Shown in pieces: positions 38,901 through 48,300 of a stretch of 64,000 nucleotides of DNA. Origin of the DNA: Macrostomum lignano. Taxonomy: Eukaryota. The position numbers and the translations under genes are program-made. The notes beneath the pieces are model-generated. The model saw nothing but the letters and a program-made list of their open reading frames with translations. It did not search any database and was not told the DNA's origin. The DNA lies in contig NIVC01000099.1 in assembly GCA_002269645.1 (NCBI GenBank), positions 682,001 to 746,000 on the forward strand, given 5' to 3'. Each line of letters begins with the position of its first letter. The stretch's first letter is position 1.

Positions 38901-39669
38901 AAGTAACGACTTACATTGTTACATGGGATCGCCACAAGGGTAACGCTGCATGTGGCGCGGCGCCTGCCGCGCCGCGCCGCCATGCGCCGGTGTCCTCTGG
39001 TGTGCGCCGTTGTGCGCTGCTGTGCGCTGTTGTGGCGCGCCGCTGTGCGTCGCTGTGCGCCGTTGTGCGCCGTTGTGTGCCCAAAAAGGGCTTGTGTGCG
39101 CCGGAATTTTCTGACCAAACTGCCACCTTCCTGACTATGGCCCTAACTAAAGTCAAAGTTAGGTTTTGAATAGGAAAAAAAAATATATATATATATTTGT
39201 AAAACAGCAAAAACAACTAGTTGGCTAGGCCTATTAGTATAGCAAAAATATTATCAATATAAAGTTAATTATTACTTTAATTCTTAGTCAATCAAAAAGT
39301 TATAGGCCTATTCATATGTGCACTTATTTATTAAGCAACATAAAATTTGTATCTTATTCATTTTTAAATGACCTTTAGGCTTTAATGATAGAAACAATTT
39401 TACCTTAAAACATACCAAACTTATAAACTATAATACAAGCTGTTATACTATACTATTATTTAAGTATTTTATAAGAATTCTGAAAGATGTAGGTAATTTG
39501 CTAGATTCAATCAAATATAAGTTAAACTAAAGTTATATTTCATTGGTAAAAACCAAGTAGAAATTTTATAATTAATAGCACTTCACTGAAACCAACTCTA
39601 AAAGTGACAGAAACAAAAATGTACTTGATTCTTTAAGTACAAACTTACCTCAAGACCATCTTCAGCCAT
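26984..39669 (-). CDS. TRIM37: TRIM37 E3 ubiquitin ligase (RING, B-box, coiled coil, MATH/TRAF, acidic tail), ~610 aa; exons 39649-39669, 32397-32498, 32262-32299, 31093-31465, 28920-29185, 27852-28293, 26984-27574
   Basis: [128 protein letters not shown]. Several exons are absent from the ORF track and were found by reading the minus strand. The 7-codon first exon is the least certain. Confidence 0.92.
27596..27826. repeat. (GACT)n microsatellite filling TRIM37 intron 6
   Basis: Direct inspection; occasional GGCT units. Confidence 0.97.
28400..28905. repeat. 21-bp minisatellite CAGCCAGACACAAGCCA(A/C)CCA, TRIM37 intron 5
   Basis: 7-aa period (QPDTSHP) in the ORF track. Confidence 0.93.
29205..29550. 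repeat. 20-bp minisatellite ATTG(A/G)TTGGTTAACTG(A/G)GTT, TRIM37 intron 4
   Basis: Three units per 60-base line. Confidence 0.92.
29925..30150 (+). mobile_element. tRNA-derived SINE, copy 2 (TRIM37 intron 4)
   Basis: GTAGCCGAGTGGTCAGAGCG (A box), GGTTCGATTC (B box), TGTGTCCTTGAGCGAGACACTTAACTCTGCATTGCTTCAGTTCACCCAGCTGTAAAATGGGTGCCAGC shared with copy 1. Confidence 0.75.
31518..32218. repeat. 30-bp minisatellite CTGGGGAGGGTGGCAGTAAAGCCTGGTGGA, TRIM37 intron 3
   Basis: Two units per line, in register. Confidence 0.95.
35800..36359 (+). repeat. 560-bp direct repeat, copy 1 (left flank of the retrotransposon)
   Basis: Matches 38485-39044 at a constant offset of 2685; the only differences I saw are AAA (36045-36047) vs TTT (38730-38732). 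Confidence 0.93.
36360..38484 (+). mobile_element. 5'-truncated non-LTR retrotransposon (I/R1/LOA-like group) with partial RT, RNase H, CCHC zinc knuckle, short 3' UTR and (AGTA)n tail
   Basis: Uninterrupted frame to stop at 38394: [39 protein letters not shown] (RT); [30 protein letters not shown] (RNase H); [20 protein letters not shown]. Ends in AGTAGTAAGTAAGTAAGTAA. No endonuclease or RT motifs 0-2 present. Confidence 0.93.
38485..39044 (+). repeat. 560-bp direct repeat, copy 2 (right flank, abutting the AGTA tail)
   Basis: See copy 1. The ORF track shows identical 66-aa translations at 35813-36013 and 38498-38698. Confidence 0.93.
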
Positions 39670-41512
39670 CCTCCCATTTTGATTGGATCTCATTTTTTCT
39701 AATGACTTTGCCATGACTCGGAGAAACTTTGTAAAAAGCTATTTTGTCCTTCACAAATCACAGTAGTACAGTAGCTATAAAATTATACTGAATTGGACAA
39801 ATCCACTAAGCTAGGTCTAGGCCTAGTAAGTAAACTAAATTATCTAGTATTAGGGGGGCCTAGTAATAGTAATCAGATACGGTATCTAGACTAAATTCTA
39901 CAGCACGAATTATGTTGAGTGTATAAACAAGTGCAAGACTGCGATTTATTAAAGTAATTCAAAGACTATAAATTGAATATAATTGCAAATTTCATGCACC
40001 GATAAAGCTGCACACAAATTTGAGCTGAAGTTAAGTGATATCTTTGAAAAACGATAAAATCCAAGCGTTTAAAAACTTATCGTGTTTAGTTGAAACAAAC
40101 TTTTATATATCAAGCACAATTTTTTGATATTTTTTAGAAAGAACTACTAAAACTTGTACTCTCAGTAAATTATTAAAGCTATTTTTGTTTGACATTTATT
40201 GTAAATATTAGATGTCAAAATAAGTATTTTAGATAAGTGACGAACGAGTAAACGGCCGTTATCATTTCAACGCATCAGAAAAACCGTCTAGTGGGGGTAC
40301 TAGTTACTAGACAAAATTAGCTTCGTAAAAAACAGCTTAACTCATTCCACATCATTTACAATCGTCAGACCAAGGACCACTGTGCTATATTTACAGTGGT
40401 TCTTGCATCAGACTGCGCCTTGAATACATAAATGTACATAACTCATTATTCCTTGCATTTGCATCAAGTTCGAGCAAAACCATTTAACAGTTAAATGCAT
40501 GTGCGCATCGGGAATAAAACATAAATGGCAAAGCAACCAAGCGATCCCTGGAAGCTAATGACCAAATCATAACATTTTGGACCTCGATATTAATCATAAC
40601 AGTCCTTGATCATGTAGACTGAATTTCTGATTACGCTATCGCAGCGGTGTGTACTAAAATTAGAAATTATTTTAAGTAAGTTATTCTACTAGAAATTATT
40701 TTTATACATGCAAGCTCGAAGACTCTAAATTCACGGAAAACTCTGAAGCACAAAGTTTTTTTCCGGTGCTGTCACATATTAACAAAGGTAAGTGTAAAGA
40801 AAAACATTTGCCTACTAGAAAGTATAGCATGCTTTTAAATCAGATAATTAGACTCATATAAGCTGTGCCCAAGTTTTAAACTTTATTTAAACTTTCATTT
40901 TTAGTATAATTCTAAAATTTTAATATTAGAGGAAGTCAGGAAAAATTTAATTTTTACAACATACGAGGTTAATTAGTAAATCTATATTGTCACTATTGTT
41001 TTTGACTGTTTGTGCATTTATATAAGGAATCATTTTACAAAAAAGCATTTTTTTACTGGAAAATGTGAATAATATTGTGCTAGAAATTTCTCTTTACCGT
41101 TTATGTTAATTGTTAGTAAAAATTAATAAAGAAAAACTGTGCCTAAATGCTAAATAGAACACTTCAGGAGAAGCTGATGTCCTGAATACATGCATGTGGC
41201 GGCTGTCGTGTTTCCATATTTTTTTTTGTTTTTAGTATATGGAGATACATATGATCTTTTGCTAAAATACTTCACTAAAATGGCTATATTAGACATTAGT
41301 ATATTGTATAACAGTGTACGTGTACTGCACTTATACCTCAAATTTATTAAGAACTTAGTGATATTTAAGTGTATTTGCTAATTTTGGTGCAACTTTGCAG
41401 CTATATGTTTTGAAGGAAGGCCTAAAATATAAATTAATGAGTTTGGCCTGAAAATGATTATGAATAGATTTTAATATATAAAAAATTATTAAATTAGCAG
41501 CTATGATTAAGG

Positions 41513-42061
41513 CCATAGTCAGGATCAAGGCATCAAGCTATGTGTGCGCCAGAAGCCACCCCAAAAATTTCTTGGTGTGTGCCAGGTACGCCAGGCAAAA
41601 TTCACAAGTGTACCAAGTGGGCCAGTCCTAAATCCTAATCCTTATATATAAAAATGTGTAATTGCAAATAAGTAAAGATTATAAATTGAAGATTTGAAGA
41701 TTTATGTTTTTAATTTCAAAACTAATGAATAAAAAAGAGAAAAAAAACACAATTTAAAGAATATTTTAAATGAAGCAATGGTTGTCAATTGTCATTATAA
41801 TATATTTGCGAAATCATTATTAAACTTTGTGCAAAATTTCATGCTTGATTTTGTCTTTTGCCGTAGCCGTGGTGCAGCCTCCTTCAGTGTGCGCCATGCA
41901 GTGTGCGCCATGTGTGTGCGCCATTTAGAGTGCGCCAATTATATATATACCAAAGTGTACGCCAGAAGACCCTTTCAAAAATTTTGTGCACTAAGTGTGC
42001 ACCAGCTGTCCCAAATGTGCGCTAGAAATTTCCGGCATATATGACATGATCCTAAGTGTGG
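41513..42061. mobile_element. Degenerate relative of the hAT-like MITE
   Basis: Starts CCATAGTCAGGATCA; ends TGATCCTAAGTGTGG (12/15 inverted match). Flanks GATTAAGG/AATTGAGG (6/8). Same GTGCGCC subterminal motifs. Confidence 0.55.
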
Positions 42062-42372
42062 AATTGAGGCCATTGAGGCCATCTCTATTTGATGAAAAGT
42101 AAAAGCTAATTACTGGCACACTGCAATTAGCAACATGCATTTATTTGGAAGTTAGACCATCCTATTATTAAATATTATATCATAGCAAAATCTTATATAT
42201 TTATTTGTTTTTTTCCAAAAAATTTATAGAATTTCCTGGCATCCTGGATATAGACTAGAGAATGATTTTTCTAGGCAATGAGTCTGACTATGTTTATAAA
42301 TTTAAATTATTTTTTATCTTGGCAATTTAAGTATAAAAAATTTAATCTTGACTATTTTAAAACTCATTGCAG

Positions 42373-45300
42373 ATGTTGGAATTATTACTTGTATTGGTAT
42401 CATTCTTGTGTCAGCCACTTAGTATTAGTGGACAGAATGATTACTATTGTGGGCCACCTATGGTCAACAAGACATTGGGTGGTAAGTTACTTTTATTTTA
42501 TTGTACAGTTTGTATTTTTTATTTCAAATGCATTTGATATTGTATTTATTTTTTATAAGAAATAATCTAATATTTCTTTCTAGTTTGTTGTTTCTAATTA
42601 GTCTTTTACTATTGGTAGAACCAACTATTTTTAGGCAAATCTGATGTACACAATGGTGTTGTTACTATCTCTAAGCCCTTTTTTACTTGAGCCAATCTTA
42701 CAAGGGTCTATCCATATTTTCAAACCATTTGATATAGTTTAGTAACAAAAAGAACTTGAATAATTACTGTTTTATTTTCTGTAACTAAAAAGCCAAGAAC
42801 TTTCTCAACCCTATCTGAGTTTTCAAAAAAAATTCTGCTTGTGAAGGTTTGAGCTTGTGAATTTTTGAAGTTGTCAAAGATTCTGCATATCAATGATGCT
42901 TAGATAATAGCCCCCACACATGTCCTTCAATGTTACTTATAAAGTGCTTCTCCCTCGCCAGGCTGCCCATCTGGCTGGGTGAAGCTGGAGTCCACCTGCT
43001 ACTTCGTGAACATGTACCCCTACAAGACTTATGCCGATGCTGACAACGACTGCCGCGACCGCTTTGGTCTTTTGATGCGCATCGACTCCAAGGTGGAGTT
43101 CAACGCCTTCAGCAAGCTGCTGGATGAACAGAGCTACGACAAGACGGAGCCGTTCTACACTTCCGGCCAGTTGGACCCGGCCGTCCGGTTCAAATTCGTC
43201 TGGGGCGGCCACTCGCCCGACGTTGCCGCCTGGCGCACAGAGATTTACGACTTCTGGATCGACGAAATCCCCAGAGAGGGCGACGGCAAGCCGCCGGAAT
43301 CCTGGGGCGACCGAACCTTCGCCCTGCTTGGCAACAACGGCGCCACGTGAGTGACTTAAATTTTTTAGCCGTGAACGAGATACCCGAGGGGGGCGGCTTG
43401 TCGTACGATTTACACTCGAGAGGGCCAAACCCCAAAGGCACAGAAAATGGGTACGAGCTCTGAGGTAACTGCTTGATAATAGAAACAACTAGCGATCTGG
43501 TGCCCCCCTTCAGGGCGCCCAATAGGCTAAGAGCAAGAGTTATTCATGCAGAAAAGCCCATTTTCTTAAGAACCAATGCCTTCTTAGCTTTGTCTTAAAA
43601 TTGTCGTGGACAAAGATGCTTGCTATGGATATTTTGCTTCTAAAAGTAACAAAAGGACACAACAAAATAAAGCCTTCACAAAGATAACAGGCATTCCCCC
43701 TAAATCGGAAGCATCCCCCCAGACCGCAGGCATCCCCAAAAAGAAAGCTACTCCAGACAGCAAGAATCCCCCAGACAGCAAGCATCCGCCCAGACAGCAA
43801 GCATCCGCCCAGACAGCAAGCATCCGCCCAGACAGCAAGCATCCCCCAGACAGCAAGCATCCCCCAGACAGCAAGCATCCCCCAGACAGCAAGCATCCGC
43901 CCAGACAGCAAGCATCCCCCAGACAGCAAGCATCCGCCCAGACAGCAAGCATCCGCCCAGACAGCAAGCATCCGCCCAGACAGCAAGCATCCGCCCAGAC
44001 AGCAAGCATCCGCCCAGACAGCAAGCATCCGCCCAGACAGCAAGCATCCCCCAGACAGCAAGCATCCCCCAGACAGCAAGCATCCCCCAGACAGCAAGCA
44101 TCCGCCCAGACAGCAAGCATCCCCCAGATAGCAAGCATCCCCCAGATAGCAAGCCTATTGTAATGCCTATTGACGCCTTGTGGTGAGTAGAGAGAAGTCC
44201 AGACTTGTATTGGTAGAAAACTTATCAAGCAATAAGCCGCTCCTGTACACTTGTGTTTCTAGTTTTTATGCTAGGCCGCTCCCAAATACAGGTACTGAAA
44301 AAACTGCCTAAAATTAACGAATACAATAAATACACTTATCACTTTCATAATACTTTACCTACAGTAGTATTAAAGAATATTGCATTTAAGAAATTAAATA
44401 ATAAATAATTTTTCTATTAAATCCTATATACTAAAATACTCTACTAATAGTAGAAAAATCGGGAAAATACGTTTAATAGCACCAATAATAGCACCATCGA
44501 TACTCTACTTGTAGTAATAATATTCTTTTTCAAATAGTTATTAGTTCACAAGACGCAGCACCCACACTTCAATCCATGCACTCCGACCATCCGCAGCTGG
44601 GGCTTCTTCCTTCGCAACGGCACGATTCCGCGGCCCTTCATCTGCCAGGCCGACGCGACCGCCCTCTCGGCCGCCATTGGCAGCCAGCGCGGCTTCGACT
44701 ACGGCGTGGTCGGCATCAACAATGTCCGGCGCAGCCCTTGCATCCAGTCCGAGCCAGCCAACGAAGTTTACTTTGAGAACACCCGGGCCGGCAGCTTGGC
44801 CACGCCGCCTACGGCCGTGTTCCAGTGCCTGGCCTACGGCAACCCGCAGCCCACCTACACCTGGTATCGGTTCGGCACCAACATGCAGAAGACTAAGATT
44901 GACCCGCTGACCCAGACCCAGTACAGCGTCACCAACGGCAAGCTCACCATCAATCAGGTCGAGTCGTCTAGGGATTCCGGTACGGATCCTGCTGCTGCGT
45001 TCCTCTTGGTTCCATTTTCTGGGATGTCTGTCATAGTAGGCTGGGGACTCGTGACGTCATAGTAGGCTGTGGAATCGTGACGTCATAGTAGTGCCATGCC
45101 TTGGCCCTTAATGTCCTAACAGGCTTGCAATTTACGATGCTTTAACAGTATGACATCATTAGTCAAAGTCTTTTTATGCTAGATTTAGTCGCGTAGGGTG
45201 ACGTCATTAGTTGAAAAGCCTGTTTTAGCAAAGCAACAGCTGCAGAGTTACTGAGCCAGCTTCGATCACTCCACCCTTTCCAGGAAACTACGCCTGCGAA

Positions 45301-48300
45301 GCCGTGAACGACCTGGGCGCCGTGATGAGCCGGCACGCCGCTCTGAAATTTGGCATCTTGCCAACATTCCCGAAATCGTCGCAGGAGACAATCGAGAGGA
45401 ACGCCTTCCAGTTCGCCAACATCGAGTGCAAACTGTCCGACAACAGCAACCCCAGGGACTTGTTCAACTTTCAGTTCTTCTACAGCAACATTGCGCCGGA
45501 GACTTCCTCGGATATCCGGGAGGTCCGGCCGGATTTCCGGTCCAACCTGTTCGTGTCGCAGTCCACGGGCCGGTTGTACTTTAGTGAGGTCACCTCCACG
45601 GACATGGGGTTCTACTACTGCCAGGTGGGCGTCACCGTTGGCGTGTCCACCCAGGAGAAGGGGCCGAACATCTACCTGAAGGTCAACAACGGTGGCGGCG
45701 ACGAGATCAGCGTCATGGTGGCGGACGGCTTCCCGTCCAATGTGCCGAAGAGTCCCCTGCGCGGCGAGGACGTGCAGCTGGAGTGCATCGGCTACGGGCC
45801 CATCACCCGCTACAACCAGCCTCTCATCTACAGGTGAGACTCGCTTTCGCTTGCCTAAATGTGGTGAGATTTAGGGACAGCTCCATCACAGGTAAGATTT
45901 AGGGACAGCTCCATCACAGGTGAGATTTAGGGACAGCTCCATCACAGGTGAGATTTAGGGACAGCTCCATCACAGGTGAGATTTAGGGACAGCTCCATCA
46001 CAGGTGAGATTTAGGGACAGCTCCATCACAGGTGAGATTTAGGGACAGCTCCATCACAGGTGAGATTTAGGGACAGCTCCATCACAGGTGAGATTTAGGG
46101 ACAGCTCCATCATAGGTGAGAATTAGGGACAGCTCCATCACGGGTGAGATTTAGGGACATCTCCATCACAGGTGAGATTTAGGGACAGCTCCATCACAGG
46201 TGAGATTTAGGGACAGCTCCATCACAGGTGAGATTTAGGGACAGCTCCATCACAGGTGAGATTTAGGGACAGCTCCATCACAGGTGAGATTTAGGGACAG
46301 CTCCATCACAGGTGAGATTTAGGGACAGCTCCATCATAGGTGAGAATTAGGGACAGCTCCATCACAGGTGAGATTTAGGGACATCTCCATCATAGGTGAG
46401 AATTAGGGACAGCTTCATCACAGGTGAGATTTAGGGACAGCTTCATAACAGGTGAGATTTAGGGACAGCTTCATCACAGGTGAGATTTAGGGACAGCTCA
46501 ATCACAGGTGAGATTTAGGGACAGCTTCATCAAAGGTGAGATTTAGGGACAGCTTCATCACAGGTGAGATTTAGGGACAGCTTCATAACAGGTGAGATTT
46601 AGGGACAGCTTCATCACAGGTGAGATTTAGGGACAGCTCAATCACAGGTGAGATTTAGGGACAGCTCCATCACAGGTGAGATTTAGGGACAGCTCAATCA
46701 CAGGTGAGATTTAGGGACAGCTCCATCACAGGTGAGATTTAGGGACAGCTCCATCATAGGTGAGAATTAGGGACAGCTTTATCAAAGGTGAGATTTAGGG
46801 ACAGCTCCATCACAGGTAAGATTTAGGGACAGCTTCATCACAAGGTGAGATTTGGGGACAGCTTCATCAAAGGTGAGCTTTAGGGACAGATTCATCACAG
46901 GTGTTTTTTATGGACAGCTTCATCACAGGTGTTTTTTATGGACAGCTCCATCACAGGGGAGATTTAGGGACAGATCTATCATAGGTGAGATTTAGGGACC
47001 TCCAGCGAAGCTGAGACGCAGGACAAACGATTCCAGAGTATCAAAACTCCCAAATCCCAGGTGGCGCCGAGTGGGCCTCGAGATCCCCAGCAAGAGCCGA
47101 TGGGGCGACATCTTCAAGCGAGTGCTGGTGATCCCGAATGCCCAGATGGAGGACAGCGGCGCCTACGAATGCGAGATCGAGGACGGCAACAGGCGGACCA
47201 GCGGCTACCGGAGGCTTCAGCTCACCATCAACTCCGGCCCGTACTTCGTCCGCCGGCCCTACGACCTCATAGTTGACGAGGGCACCACGCAGCGATTCGA
47301 CTGCAAGGCCAGCGGCACCCCGCCGCTCACGTACGCCTGGTTCCGCGGCAACAACATCAAGACTGAGCTGCTGGACAACATCACAGATCTAGACAGGGCC
47401 CGGTTTACCTGGGACGTGTCCGGTTCCCAGCCCTACTTGGAGATTAAAAATGTGAAGCCGTCCGACTCCGCCGCCTACGGCTGCCGGGTCACCAACAGCT
47501 ACGAGACCATCTACGGCTTCGCTGAGCTGCGTGTGCTCAACTTCGCCCCGTCATTTTACAAGAATCCCACCAGCCAGGAGTCCGGGCTGGTGGGAAAGTC
47601 CGTCTACCTGCCCTGCGATGTCGAAGGCGCCCCCGAGCCCACCCGGACTTGGCGGTTCAAGGGCTCCGATCTTGCCGTCATCAAAGTTATGGATCAGGTG
47701 AGACTTATGCTGCTGCGTAAGTTCTCTGAACTGGAGTCCGAAATGTACCACCTGAGACACCTGGAATCCCAAATGTACTAGCTGGGACACCTGGAATCCC
47801 AAATGTACTAGCTGGGACACATGGAATCCCAAATGTACTAACTGAGACACCTGGAATCCCAAATGTACTAACTGAGACACCTGGAATCCCAAATGTACTA
47901 ACTGAGACACCTGGAATCCCAAATGTACTAACTGAGACACCTGGAATCCCTAATGTACTAACTGAGACACCTGGAATCCCAAATTTACTAACTGAGACAC
48001 CTGGAATCCCAAATTTACTAACTGAGACACCTGGAATCCCAAATGTACTAGCTGGGACACCTGGAATCCCAAATGTACTAGCTGGGACACATGGAATCCC
48101 AAATGTACTAACTGAGACACCTGGAATCCCAAATGTACTAGCTGGGACACCTGGAATCCCAAATGTACTAGCTGGGACACATGGAATCCCAAATGTACTA
48201 ACTGAGACACCTGGAATCCCAAATGTACTAACTGAGACACCTGGAATCCCAAATGTACTAACTGAGACACCTGGAATCCCAAATTTACTAACTGAGACAC

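Larger units (their letters stand above)
35789..39140. mobile_element. Non-autonomous hAT-like DNA transposon (MITE, ~667 bp before the insertion) hosting the retrotransposon
   Basis: Perfect 20-bp TIRs CCATAGTCAGGAAGGTGGCA (35789-35808) and TGCCACCTTCCTGACTATGG (39121-39140). 8-bp TSD CCCTAACT at 35781-35788 and 39141-39148. GTGCGCC subterminal repeats at both ends. Superfamily inferred from the 8-bp TSD only. Confidence 0.85.

Noticed and set aside
35800-39044. LTR retrotransposon interpretation of the 560-bp direct repeats
   Set aside because: The RT is non-LTR type with a simple-repeat tail. The repeats lack TG..CA ends, PBS and PPT, and they are internal sequence of a TIR element that is restored when one copy plus the insert is removed.
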